Positions 1 to 15,243 of a stretch of 64,000 bases of DNA are shown here, in pieces. The first letter of the stretch is position 1; every line of letters starts with the position of its first letter. Source of the stretch: the human T2T-CHM13v2.0 reference genome, Homo sapiens; the NCBI RefSeq assembly GCF_009914755.1, contig NC_060930.1; one strand, written 5' to 3'. The position numbers and the translations under genes are program-made. The notes beneath the pieces are model-generated. The model was not told the origin of the DNA and did no database searches. It worked only from the letters and a program-made list of their open reading frames with translations.

Positions 1-555
1 TGCCTTATATTGCATTAAACATCTGATACACAAGTTGTTACAACTCTGAACACTATAATTTGATATTTTTTTCTCTTCCTCATCTATCATGGATGACCAG
101 TGTGCTTCAAGCTCAGCAAGAGTAGGTTAAGCCAAATATAAAAGCAACTGGCATGCTTGAAATTCATTCCCAATCTCACGTGTAGAGACCTGCATTTTTC
201 TGCCGATGGCTGTGCCTGCATTTCTCTGTGTGCCTAGGATCAGACCTAGTCAGTGGATCTTCTCAGTTCATGTCCATTGCTTCATTTCACAGTTCTCTGT
301 TATTTCCTCTTTCCTCACATGCTATCTTTTCTAATTCCTAAGGAGCCTCCAGAAAATGAGAAGTTAATCAATGAAATTTTAGAAGATATATTTGCGGCTT
401 CATTTCCATCCCTTTTTAAATGGTTGATTCAGTAGTTAAAACACTCCAACTATAGAACATGTAGGAATATGGGATATTATGTGACATGCATCTCTTTTCA
501 TGCATATTTGAGCTTTCAAGATATTTTTTAAAAGTACAATATCAAGATTGGATGC

Positions 556-764
556 CAGTGTAAACTATGGACTCGGAGTGATAATGATGTTTTAATGTGG
601 GTTCATTAATTAACAAAGGGGCCACTCCAGAGGGGGTTATTGATCATGGAGCAGGCTGTGCATGTGTGGGGGAAGCAGATATATGAGAAATCTCTGTATC
701 TTCCTCTCAGTTTTGTTGTGTGCCTGAAACTATTTTTTAAAATAAAAGTCTATTTAAAAAAAAA
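556..764 (+). mobile_element. L1 3' end fragment (L1MC1-like)
   Basis: TGTAAACTATGGACT...GTGATAATGATG...GAAATCTCTGTA...AATAAAAGTCTATT followed by poly-A matches the recalled L1MC 3'UTR terminus. Confidence 0.8.
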
Positions 765-788
765 GATGTAAAGGAAATACTTGGGGAT

Positions 789-2010
789 TGTATAGAGAAC
801 AAAAATAACCAGCTTTTTTCCTATGCTCACACTCAACACAGAACTCTTCTGTGACCAGATGTATGGGGGGGGGTGCACACTGACCAATTATCTGACGCCA
901 GCTGGGTGTCAGATAATTAACTCAGTCTGATACTATCTATCTAGAGATAGTGTCAGATTCCACAGATGAAGGGCTCACTCCCACAAGACTGTCCCCATTT
1001 CAGGTGCCCGGGGCCAGCAGTATGTTCTCAAGCTACCCACAATTTCTGTCCAACCTGGCTACAAACTGGAAGTTCTCACAACCACTTTCATGTACTCAAA
1101 CTTGTTAGAATGGCTGACAGAACTCAGGGAAACACACTTTACATATGTTTATCCATTCATAAAAGCATATACTTCAGGAACAGAAAGAAGGAAGAGATAC
1201 ACAAGGCAAGGTATCAGGGAAGGGGTGCAGTTTCCATGCCTTTTCTAAATGTACCACCCTCCATGTGTTCCAAAACCCCAAAGATCTCTGAATCCAGTTT
1301 TCTGGGGTTATCATTACATAGGCATGATTGATTAAATCATTGGCCATAAGTGATCAACTCAACCTTCAGAGCCTCTCCCCTCCCTGCAGGTTGTGGAGTA
1401 GGGCTGAAAGTTCAAACGATTTAATCACATAGCTAGTTACCTTGGCAACCAGTCACCCAATCCTAAGGGGCTTTCCAAAAGTCATATCACTAACATAACT
1501 CAGGTGTGGTTAAAAGAGATTTCTTATTGTATTATCCATTTTCACGCTGCTATGAAGAAATACCCAAGACTGGGTAATTTACACAGAAAAAGAGGTTTAA
1601 TGGACTCACAGTCCCACATGGCTGGGGAGGCCTTAAAACCATGGTGGAATGTGAAGGAGGAGCAAAGGCACATCTTACATGCTATGCAGGAGAACTGCCC
1701 TTTATAAAACCATCAGATCTCGTGAGACTTATTCACTGTTACGAGAACAGCACAGGAAAACCTGCCCCTGTAACTCAATTACCTCGCACTGGGTCCCCTC
1801 CATGAAACATGGAGATTATGGGAGCTACAACTGAAGATGAGATTTGGGTGGGGACATAGTCAAACCATATCACTTATGAATAACAAAAGAGCTTTCTTTC
1901 AGCTTTATTGCTCTTATCACTTAGGAAATTCTAAGGGTTTTAGGAGCTCTGTGCCAGGAACAGATATGAAGACAAAATATATATTTTTTGTTATAAATCA
2001 CAGTATTACA
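789..2010 (-). mobile_element. MER21-family LTR, interrupted by a THE1 LTR
   Basis: Diagnostic blocks GAAGGGCTCACTCCCACAAGACTG, GGCATGATTGATTAAATCATTGGCC and GGGTTTTAGGAGCTCTGTGCCAGGAAC; ends ...TATTACA; left boundary approximate. Confidence 0.8.
1528..1872 (-). mobile_element. THE1 (MaLR) solo LTR
   Basis: TGTATT...GCTGCTATGAAGAAATACCCAAGACTGGGTAATTT...CAAACCATATCA; perfect 5-bp TSD CTTAT at 1523-1527 and 1873-1877. Confidence 0.92.
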
Positions 2011-2599
2011 GGCACCATATATGATGAAGGAAATAAAAACCATAGCAGGGAGCTCATACTACTTATATTGCCCTATTGAGGGGATTTATCAATAAAAGTA
2101 CTGAAGACTCTTGAATTTTATTAATTACCTAGCCATAAGAAGAAAGGCTTTAGGCTTGTCAATATGGAAAATTAGAGTGGATTCATCTCACACACATAAT
2201 TTCAAAATTCTCTAAAGACTATTCTCCTGAAAGGAGATGTTATAAGGAGTTAACTTTTAGCCTGGGCTCTGGGCAGGAAAAACAAATCCCCTAAGATTTT
2301 GGCTGCATGGCTATACCTTTAGAGGAGCTTAGGGTTGAAGTATATCCTGCCTTTATGATTGAAGAAAGCAAAAACCAAAAAAATTAAAATAAAATAAGTT
2401 AAAGTGGTACTTATGTTAGGGTCTGTTTGAAGCACTTACAGCAACTGTGGGATGGCTGGCAAAAGCCAGCCAATTCTCTCTGAATATGGCTTCTCACAGA
2501 GAGCTCTTCCAAGAATGAACTCACAATTCAAAATTACCAAAAACCAAGTGATATACATCATCATGAACAAAAGTCGGTAAAGGTGGACATTAAAGAAAT

Positions 2600-4370
<1,771 letters not shown>

Positions 4371-4479
4371 TAATGGTGTAGCATGTTTTTAAACATATAT
4401 ATATATATTCACTCAATTTTTCTGCTGCCATTCACTCTCAAAATTCTTAAAAGAATGATTTACACATAATACTTCTATT

Positions 4480-4790
4480 TCCTAATCTCCTATTCACTTA
4501 TCAATATATTGTAGTGTAACTTCTGATCTATTCCTTATTAAATTATTAATCTTTATTTTACTTGACTTCTTAGTAGCATTTGACATGATTGACCGTTGCC
4601 TCTTTGGAACAGTCTGCTGCTCTGCCATGTGAGGTCACTCTCTTATGCAGTCACACTTCTTTACCAGACTTCTAAATTAGAAGTCTCTCTTTATCTTCCC
4701 TCTATATTTTCACTTTAAAGAATGCCAATCCCAACAACATAAATAATGCATCTATATTATAACTCCAGACTTTAGGTCTCATGTCTTTAA
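4480..4790 (+). mobile_element. L2 fragment
   Basis: TTACTTGACTTCTTAGTAGCATTTGACATGATTGACC resembles the L2 ORF2 consensus (LLDLSAAFDTVDH region). Confidence 0.6.
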
Positions 4791-4849
4791 CATGGTTTAC
4801 GGATAGTAAAATAAATATTAAAAACACATTTGATTTTCAAAACCCCCAA

Positions 4850-5830
4850 ACAGTTAAAATAAATTTTAGAAATAATTCATTTTACAAATAAGAATAAAGG
4901 AACATGTCCAACAAACCATATGCAAGAGCTTTATATTGAAAAGTATAAACCTTTATTAAGATATATTAAAGACGACCTAAACAAATAAAAAGTTATCGTG
5001 TATAAGAACCCTCACTAGTATAAAGATGCCAGATTTACCTCAATTAATTTGTAAGATCCATATAACTTAAATCAAAATCTCAGCCTTTCTAGGGGGTCAA
5101 AATTGTAAGCCTTTCCTATAGAAAAAGAGCAATGAGGCCACAGCAGTCAAGAATAAGAAGGTGAAAGACCACGCCCTGTGAGATATCAAGACTTACAGTG
5201 AAAGCATACAATAAACAGGCACGTAGAGTAGGATAGGGAGTCTGAAAGCAAAGCCACATGTATATGCAAAAGATGATTTATGACCCCCCATTGCAAGTCA
5301 GTGAGAAATGGATGGACTACTCAACAAATATTGCTATGTCAAGCATTCCTAAGAAATATCAAATCATGTTGTACACAACACAACCACTCATCAGGAAGGG
5401 GAATGGATACTAAAGTGGACTATATTTATGTTACAGAATAATATACAGCAGTAAAAGCAACAAATTAGTGCTATATATACAAACATGAACAAATCTCAAA
5501 GCCAAAAACGCAAATATCAGTAGGTCACATGCAGTACCATATATTAATATGAAGTTTGATTTGCAAAACAACACTGTATATATTTCAGAATTCTAAAGAA
5601 ACTTACATATATAGTAAAAGTATACAGCAAAGTGTCAATAATTGCCATTCACACACACAGACACACACATACACTAGTATCCTCTTGAGATAAAACTGGA
5701 AAGAGTGCAAAGGAAATTTCATCTCTATATATTTAATATTAAATTTTGTAAGTGAATTGTTAGAAAAATGAATTTTTAAATTACTTTTAAATTATAGTTG
5801 TGGCTCTAAAATATTTTAAAATCCTCAAAA
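4850..5830 (+). mobile_element. L1ME-like distal ORF2/3'UTR remnant
   Basis: ATATGCAAGAGCTTTATATTGAAAAGTATAAA...ATTAAAGACGACCTAAACAAAT; collinear with the upstream L1 piece. Confidence 0.65.
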
Positions 5831-6659
5831 AATTATTTCAAAAGAGTTGCAATATTTTTTTTTCTATGACCAGAAGATTGACTTGTAAGAATTATTTCTT
5901 CTCACCTTTGTAATGTCATCATACTCCGTATTTACATTTTTCTTACTGGCTCTTTTCTCCCTCAGAAACAATCAGGGATTGAACCTATCTAACTGTATAA
6001 ACACATGCACCATGGTCCCGAGGTTGAGAATGTTCTAGAAAGAGAATTGCCCTCTCAATAGCTCTCTCAAACCGGTTTCCACCTGTTGGGCAGTAAGGGC
6101 CTGCGGCGTGTTATTGAACTAAAGGATTTATGTGGGAAATTTCCAGATTCTAAATGGATGTTGAATCCTATTTCAGTGTGTGAGTGTTTTCCACGCATTG
6201 ATAACTTGGGCAGATGGCTTTCTCAGAGCTGTTGAACACTCAGTTGAAACACATTTTTTTTCCTAACAGGCTACTGAAGCTAGCACAAATTCTAAGAAAG
6301 AAAAATAAACCCTGCAAATCAACACAGTCACACCTCAGAGTCACTATAATTAAGAAATAGTTCTTACGATTTGCCCTAATGTGGAACCAGTAGATCATAT
6401 AACTGCAGGTAAAGGCAATGAAATGTGAGGCAAACTATTTGAATGAGCTACACATTTTCCCTCAAGAACAGAGTGCATTCTACGCCACAGGTGTTTCAGT
6501 AATTGCAGTACATTAGGAATATATCATGTTTAACAGGCCTTGTACACACATTTCCACCTGTGTGAGGTGGTGGTCCGATCTCAATACCTCTGTCTGAGTA
6601 TCAAATATATGTGAGTCTGTGCGGCTTAATAAGGCTCGGCATGCTGAACAAGTCCTATA

Positions 6660-6800
6660 GCTCTGGTCACCTCCTCCTTCTGCCATTGATTAGTTGCATG
6701 ATGGAGGTAAATCACTTGACCTTAACATGTCTACATTTCCTCGTGTAAAATAGCTCAATATTACTGAAGAGTTTTGCAGACCCTTTATGGGAAGTAAAAT
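6660..6800 (+). mobile_element. MIR fragment
   Basis: TCTGCCATTGATTAGTTGCATGA...GGTAAATCACTTGACCT...TTTCCTCGTGTAAAAT resembles the MIR core. Confidence 0.55.
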
Positions 6801-7432
6801 TTTAATTCTCCCCCAACAAGATGATAATTAAAAATGTAAATGTACATTCTAGATTGCAAGGAGTAAAAATGCCTGGTTGATTGAGGTTTGGATCAACATC
6901 TTGACAAAAGGAAAGTGAATTATCAAAGTACAACGAAGTTTGATTAGAATTGTTTTTATCAGTTGAATTCCTATAGAAACCATCAACTTAAGTTTTCCCA
7001 CTAGAAGTCAAATGCCAGAACATAGCTTGTCACAATATCATATTATAGTGCATTATCTATTTACAAAATATAATGTTTGCTTTATTTAATGATTTAAAAT
7101 TGAATTACATAAAATAAAGGGGATAGGATTATACGATTAAAAATATAAGCCCAAAGTCACAGCAAAGGAAGAAAAGTACACCAAACATATACTTTTGTAA
7201 AATACATTATATTTAACTTTGAATTTCTTGGCAGCTAAGGCGCAAGGAAATTAGAAGTGGTTATACGATTCTCTCTATCAAACAAAGGGAAGAATAATAG
7301 TACTTTACAAGTGAAGCAAATGTATTATCATGGTGTTTGAGGTTTGTCACTTTATTGCGTGCTTACACAAGGAACATGAAAAATAGTTTTTTGTGGAATG
7401 TTGATTTACAACGTAATTTAAATCCATATTTT

Positions 7433-7887
7433 GTGGTAGCTTGTAAAACTGGCTCTAATTTCCCACCTCTTCTTAAATTCCTGCTCTTGGCCATGTAAGT
7501 TTGAAATCCCCATCTATTCTAACTCTGCCTCAGCCTTGGGATTGCTTGAGCCACAGGACTCAACAAGCTCAATACTGGCAGAGGGTTGAAAAGTGTTGGC
7601 ACAGTTGGGCTTGCTGTCTCTTGACTCTCTGCCATTGCCATGAAAGCCCACCCAGGATAGCCCGCTATCAGTTGAGAGGTATGAAGAATGCACCAATTTG
7701 TCCCAATCTCCTCAAGACAGGCTCCGAGAGATAAGCCACCAGCAAACCCAGTCCTGGACCTATGTATTATAAACACAGGCACGGCCAGTAGGGCTGTCTA
7801 GACAACCACCCCAGATGTTTAAGATTACTTTTGTTTGCCACTGGGGTTTCGTGGTGGCTTATTTTGCAGGGAGAACTAACTCATGTA
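7433..7887 (+). mobile_element. MLT1 (F/G/H-like) MaLR LTR
   Basis: Starts TGTGGTAG; ends GCCACTGGGGTTTCGTGGTGGCTTATTTTGCAG...AACTAACT, typical of MLT1 3' ends. Confidence 0.65.
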
Positions 7888-8199
7888 CTATATATATACT
7901 ACATATGTGATGTTTTCTCATCCCATAATCACGAGCATAGGACTTAATTTTAAAGTTCATAAATATAGCTTAAATATGTGTAAACATTCCTTTGTAATCA
8001 AAGTGAGCCACCATCAGTAGAGCTTTTGCTTTGAATTTTTTTTTCAGGTTATGATCATGTTTGTGCTCATTTATCCAGACCATTTCAGCTGAGGCTCACC
8101 AAACAAAATCCTAGGACTCTAACTAAAACAATTACTTTACCTCCCTACTTCTTCCAATATGCTGACCGATATGGCTTTTTCATTCCATGCTGAGGTTTA

Positions 8200-8500
8200 C
8201 TTTAAAGAACTGGGGATAGATCTAGGGCTGTCTCTTGGGTAAGTTAAATTCACACAGAGTCTGTTAAAGAGAGGCAGAAACCGTTTGTACATTCATATGC
8301 CACACCGTTCTTCACATGGAGAAGTTGTGGAGGAATTTTGGTCAAAGGCAGAGACCTGGACAGTGTCTGCCATTAACCCCACATCTGTCAGGTCCATTCT
8401 CCTGTCTAATAGGTATGGCCAGTGGAATGAATGGTCACCATGCAGAGATAACATAGAGGATTCTATCTGGGGAAGTACATTGAAATAGATTCATCTTCTC
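8200..8500 (+). mobile_element. ERVL/MaLR internal (pol RNase H/IN linker) remnant
   Basis: Weak similarity to the same pol segment seen at 45.1-45.4 kb; highly decayed. Confidence 0.35.
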
Positions 8501-9930
8501 ATTTATTTTCCTGCCGTGGTACATATAGAAAATTATATGTACTATAGTTAACGGAGTAGATCTGTTGGGATTTGTATGCCACTTGCCCACGGTGTATAGA
8601 GACCCCAGGCTGCACCTTGCATGCCTTGGGAATGGAGAGAGTCATGCATGGATTCAATGTTAACTGTTTGCCTCATTTTGGTTGAGAACCTCCGGAACAG
8701 ATGACTCGAACGACCCTCTTGACTTTCATTTAAGTTCTGTGACCAGAGATTTCCTGTGGTTAATGGGGAGAAAAACTCAGGGTACGAGAACTTTTGACTC
8801 TTTCAAAAGCAACCGAAAGATTCCTTAGAAAATTGCTTAACATTTTGAATTTCATGTTTTCATCTGAAGAATGAGAGAGCTAGAAAAGCTTAGTTATCTT
8901 TAAGTTTCTTCTCTGTATTAAATGTTATATCAGCAGGCATATTAATGCATAAAATTGCTGACTAGTTCTGTACATTTTGGGAATAGAGAGAAGAAAGATC
9001 TTTGTATAACAATCTGATATATGATTACAAAATAACCATCTCAACTCATTGGACTTTTATGGTTTCTAGGTCATTGATAATAAGGCTTTGATTAGATGCT
9101 AGGTTTCTAGAGGTTAAGAGTGACAATAAACTAATTTTTAGGAACTAAACAAATGATCATTTCCCAAGTGTAACTTTTCAGAGACCATAATGTTTTGATC
9201 TTGTCATCACTTGAATTCAGAAATGTAAATGATTGAAATAAAATATTTAGTCAAGATATTTCAATTCAATATTTTAGATTGCATTAGATTTAAAATATGT
9301 AAAAATATTAAATAAGCCAGCTCTCACCAAAATCCCTTTAACGAATATATGTTAAGTCATATGATGTTTTTTAAAAGCAGTCACCAAAGAGGGTGGGAAA
9401 AACCTAAGACGCGAATTTTAGAAATACAACATTTCTATGACTGTAGTAAATTTTCAGAAGCCAAAAAAGATGTTGAGATTTAAAATATCCACAATCAATA
9501 TTTATTACTATGTTATGGGTTTTCCTCTACACTTTAATAAATAATACTAAGCTTTCTTATTGATCATCTAAGACCTAAGACAGAAATAATTATTGAAATA
9601 TGAAAAAAGAGAAAATACTGATACTAGCCTTTTTTTGATCCAGTATATGGTATAAGAAAAAGAAAGGTCCAGGAAGTTAGTAAAGAGCTATTACTGAAAA
9701 CACAGAGACTTAGAAAGAAACGAGGCTCAAAAATAAATAATAAAATTTATGTTCTTTTTGTATTATGGTTTGATTTGCTAAAAGAAGTACAGACAAAATG
9801 TTATAAGTCTATCTGCCAAAGTCATCCTGAAACAAATTATAAATAGGGTTTTCCTACGTAAATTGTGTGCATATGTGCTTTTATGACATGAACATTTTTG
9901 TTAGGAACTCAGAATCCCATTCCTTTTTAG

Positions 9931-10275
<345 letters not shown>

Positions 10276-10689
10276 ATTGAACTTTAAATTTAGATTACTA
10301 CAAGGCTGTGTATGTGCGTGTGCTGGATTTAGGAAATCAGTCACTTTTCTAAAGTTTAGTTCGGAAAACAAGCACTCAGAGACTATTTTTATCCATGTAC
10401 ATTGCCAGGTAACACAAGAGTTGTAAGTAGTTATAATAACCCCAGTTCTGGAGAACAGTCAATTCGTTGATTCATTCATTCACTCATTCAGCTATTCTTT
10501 TCTTCCTCTAACTTATTCCCAAAGACAGTGTCCTAGTGAATGCAAATGCAAAGGCCAAGAGGTTTGTCACTTTAGGCATTCACTTTAGGCATTTGTCACT
10601 AGCCCCAAGACATTCTCTTCCCTTGGGGCTAGTATTGCTGTCTACCTACTCACTGCCCACTTTTCCTTTCTCCATTATTTACAGAACCT

Positions 10690-11210
10690 TGGCTTTATTC
10701 TGTTGGAAATACTTACCTTTCCAAATCCCTGCTGTCCAGTGATGATAATGGGACTCAATTCTAGCCAATAAGTTGTACTGGTTACACCTTATTGGCAGAG
10801 CTCAACTGGGTACAACTTATGGAAAGCTGCTATTATCTTCCAGCAGAATTGACAGAATCAACAGACACAAGTTTTTTTTTTTTTTTTTTTACCATTACCA
10901 TATCTCCTTCCTCCTGCCTGGAATGCAGCCGTGATGCCTGGATGTGCAGCAGCTATACAGTGAGAATGAGGACAAGAGCCACAAGTGAAGAATGGTGCAT
11001 GAGGAAGCTAGCAAGGATCAGGAACTTTGAAAAGCTCTCAAGCAGCTCTGAGCAATTGGCTGACCATATCTGGACTTCTTATAATGTCAGAAACATCATG
11101 CTATTACATTCTTTATGTATTCTATTCTTCTCGGGACACTCTTTAGATTAGACTTCCTGTGTATATCTCTCTTGTTCTTTTGGTTACGTGACTCTGTTAT
11201 TTCACAGATT
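10690..11210 (+). mobile_element. MLT1 (J/K/L-like) LTR
   Basis: CTTCCTCCTGCCTGGAATGCAGCCGTGATGCCTGGATGTGCAGCAGCTAT...TGGACTTCTT resembles old MLT1 LTRs. Confidence 0.6.
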
Positions 11211-12899
11211 TAAGAGCAACAATGGGGACATTTTCTAATGAATACAATAAGATGGAAAGAAAGAATTGATGTGCGGAAATGTCATAGTGAGACAGTGGTA
11301 GGACTGAGAAGAAAAACAAAGTCCTAAAAGTCAGCTATGCTAGAAACTTGGACACACCATTAACTTTAAAAGTGATGTACATAAATATATTGCAAGAAGA
11401 AAAAATGGAATAGGATTTCCCAAATTAGAGCAAATTTACATTTTCCTTAATGTTACCATGTGAGACAGCTCTGCTGTCACTATTGTCAACAGGAAAGAGT
11501 GGGTTTTTTTCTTGATAATTTCTTCCCTCCATAACCCAGTCCTAGTCATAGTGAAAAGGAAGAATAAAAAATAGAAAACAAAATGCACCTTGATTCAAAA
11601 TTCTCAGAAACGACATGAGAACTTCACACATGGCATTTGTTGTGTGTCTAAAGTGGCTGTGTCAAGTTTCCATTGAGTAATTAAATAATTTTACATCTAG
11701 AAACCTGCTCCTAATTTGTTTATTGAATATTACAAATCTTAATAGAGTGCTATTACCTATATCTTTAGAAGGAAAATACGTATTTTTTAAAACTGATATT
11801 TTGGACCCAGAGGGTTCTTGGCTCAAGTTCCTTCAAGGAATGCTTGCGCTGTGCACCTTCATATGTTATTGGTTAACATGCTCTAATTTTGTTTTTAAAA
11901 AACTGATCTTATTGGTGACCCAAAGGCCTTTTCTTGTTTTTCTAGTAACATAAGGGGAAGGTGAGTAGAAAACGTATGTGAGAGAGGGGATAAATTGCAG
12001 GCCTGCACTTCCATCAAACAGACCACTCTCTAGGACTTCCTTTGTCTTGTCTCATCATCTTTCAGAACCTGAGGTTTTTAACTTTCAGGACCTGGGACAA
12101 ATATTTTTAACTTTAGTTAGTTAGTGATTCAGTGGGGGATTTTTGTTACCTTATTTTAATTTTTTAACCCTCATAAACAAGCTAAAGTCATAATTGTATA
12201 TGGAGAGTTTAGGGAGAGAGTCCCTTAATAAAGAAAAGAAATTATAAACATGAATAAACAAAGACATTTACAAATTTAATTCATTTTAGGATATATTTAC
12301 CAACTAGGCCAAAAAAAGTTTGTGTTAAAAAAATGAGTCCAAATATTTATGGTAGGTTTCCCTTAAATTATTTTAATCATTCTTGTTATGGGTTGTATAT
12401 ATGTGTGTGTGGAAACAATTATCATGTTAACACATGATTCATAGCATATATGTTTGCAAATACCCTCAATACTAATATGTTATTTCTTCCGTATGAGGTT
12501 TAACATTCCAGGCTAAGTGTTTAAAAATATATAAAAGAAGTAATAGGGAAAACATATGTTCACACACCTTGCTTTGCATGACAATTCATTAAAGAAGAAG
12601 AAATATAACCAAATAACGTCAATCTGGCTGGTGTTAAATATTATTTGCTGTGTAACAATCAACCACAGGAGAAAAATATTTGAATATTTAGACCGGCAGT
12701 TTTAATCCTGCAAGATAGATGTGTTGTTAGAAAAACACCTGTTGCTAATGTTTCCAATTAATGTCACTTTACAGTAGATCTTTATGAGTCCAAACATAAC
12801 ACCTTTCTCTTGCCTTATGCTTATTTAATACCACAAAACCAAAGATAGGCAATGTTAACCTTGATTTACAAGTTCTTCTCTAACGCTTGAAATGGACAT

Positions 12900-13048
12900 T
12901 TTCTGATTCTTTTCTTTCCTTTTTTTCTATCACTTCCCTTTCTTTCTCTTCTCTTCCTCTCTCTACTTTCTCTTTCTTACCTCCCTCCTCCTTTCATCTC
13001 CTTCCTTCCCTTTCTCAGTTTCTCTCTCCTCTTCCTTTTCTTTTTTTT
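12900..13048. repeat. CT-rich polypyrimidine low-complexity tract
   Basis: About 150 bp almost entirely C/T on the + strand. Confidence 0.9.
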
Positions 13049-13192
13049 AATTATTTTAAATAAATCAGCCAGGTCAACTTAAAATTTCTCAATGCCGACT
13101 TTGAAGATAAAATAATGCAGTGTCACTTATTACCTCATAAAAAGTAAACCACATTTCAATTTTTGTATCAAAGAGAGGCTGTATTTTGCTGT

Positions 13193-13280
13193 TATACACA
13201 TATATTATGTATATATACATATATGTATATACATATATGTATATATATATGTCTAGACATATATACATATACATATATAA
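13193..13280. repeat. Degenerate (TA)n microsatellite
   Basis: TATATATACATATATGTATATACATATATG... Confidence 0.9.
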
Positions 13281-14125
13281 AATTGACCACATAGAAGAAT
13301 AGTTTAATGAAAATAGAATTTTACAATTTAAATTGCATATTGATTTTTTTAACTTGATTTGTTGTTATTCCTTTGCACTCAGAATCTTAGGAGGAAACAA
13401 ATATGCTGGATAAAAATTCCAAGATATTTTTAATCTATATACTGAAATGTATTACCAGATAATTGAAAAAAATTCTATAAATACAAAGAAAAAAAAACCT
13501 GGAAATAGATTGAATACAATATTAAGCAAAGGTTTTTAGTGCTTTCAGGGTTCAGCCTCCAAGGCCAATAGTGTACTGGCAATAGGAAGGGGAGAAGTCA
13601 TTAGCAAGTAAATTGTGACTGAAGTTTGTCTTCGGTTGTGGTCTGTTTGATTATTACAAGCCACTCAATTTCATTTGTTTTGCTCAGGCTCTAGCAAGGA
13701 TTTAATCACAGTTATTGTCTAAATTGGAACCTAAACTTCTCTTCCTCAACAAATTATTTTTTCCTTTTTAACTCATCTATATTTGTTACATTTTCAAGCA
13801 GAATGTAACTCAGGTATTACGTTTCCATTCACAAGCCTTGTTCTGCTACGTTTTGAACGGTTTTACCACACACCTAGGTAGCTTCTAATCTTGGTAGTCT
13901 AACCAATGCTTTTCTTTGGAAAACAAGCCCATACATCTCCAGATCAGTTCCAAAGAGCAAAACTGCAAGAGGAGAATGGCATTACCTGGCCAAATGCAGC
14001 GGTTTCAGGCCCAGAAGGAATATTCTGGCAGAAAGTGATTGAGTAAAATATTGAGGAAAAACAAAAACCAACTTGGATGATAGCTACAGTAAGAAATAAG
14101 AAATTCAAAGGAGTGAGATGAGACA

Positions 14126-14252
14126 TTACCTCATGGGTACAATGTACACCATTCAAGCGATGCACGCGCTAAAGCCCGAACTTCATATCACTACACAACA
14201 TATTCATGTAACAAAACTGCACTTGTACCCCCTAAATCTATAAAAATAAAAA
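14126..14252 (+). mobile_element. L1PB/L1MA 3' terminus
   Basis: TGGGTACAATGTACAC...CATGTAACAAAACTGCACTTGTACCCCCTAAATCTATAAAAATAAAAA. Confidence 0.85.
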
Positions 14253-15243
14253 GAAGTTAAAGAATCACATGGGATAATTTTAAAAAAAGAAAAGAAAGAA
14301 AGAAATCTAAATAGTTTCAGTATTATTTGAAATCCAAGGCCCACTTCATATGTGCCACTCATTGACAAATTCAAAATATCTCAATACTTACATACAAACA
14401 AATTATTTGCTCTGCTTAACAGAAGGTGAACTTAAAGCAATTTACAGAAGCAAACAAAATATAACTTCTTTGATTTAGAAACTTGACTAGACTACCCATG
14501 AGGACAAACAGAGATTTCATGATATTCCCTTATTTTCTAGTTCTAACCATTCAAAAACCCCTTCAGATAGCACGGGCTTGTTGTAGTTTGTCAAACAGTA
14601 AATGCTGCTAGCTACAAAGTGAAGGGGAAAAGAAGTAGATGTGCTTTTCTACTACTTTCACACCAGGAAAAAATGTAACCTGTTTTAGTTATGATTAAAT
14701 ATGTGGTAGTGACTTTTATAAAAAAAGGAATCACTGCTTCGTAATATAAGAAATATAAGCATATATATTTCAGTCTCTTTCTGTGTTCATATGGGTCCTA
14801 TTTATTGAGAAATCATAATCCAAATGTGTTCTTTAGAAGTAGCAACACCTTAATGAATTATTGAGAACCAAAAGGCAGTGCATGTAGTCCATGCTTATCA
14901 CACAGTCATTGTGTCAGAAGGGATCTGAACGATGTTCTAGTCCAATCCCCCCCTTCTTAAGCTTAAATGTTATGTCATCTGGTTTGAAAAGCTACTGCAA
15001 TGAAAAACTCAACATAATAGTTATTCTAATTTCAGAAAGTTATTTAGCTATTTTTAAATTCTTTAAAAGTAAGTTCATTTAAAAATACTAAATCTTTCTT
15101 CCTATGGGTCCAAATATTTGGTTTAATTCTGCCCACTGAAGCCATGTAAGACAAGTCTCTCACAATTAAGTTAACCGGTGACTTGTTAACGTATCTCTCT
15201 TTTTCGCTCTGTCTGGATTTTCCTTTCTCTCTTTCACATCACA

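Noticed and set aside
966-2079. 121-aa, 67-aa and 80-aa ORFs
   Set aside because: They lie in or start within MER21/THE1 LTR sequence.
10563-10600. TCACTTTAGGCAT tandem duplication
   Set aside because: Two-copy slippage with no further structure.
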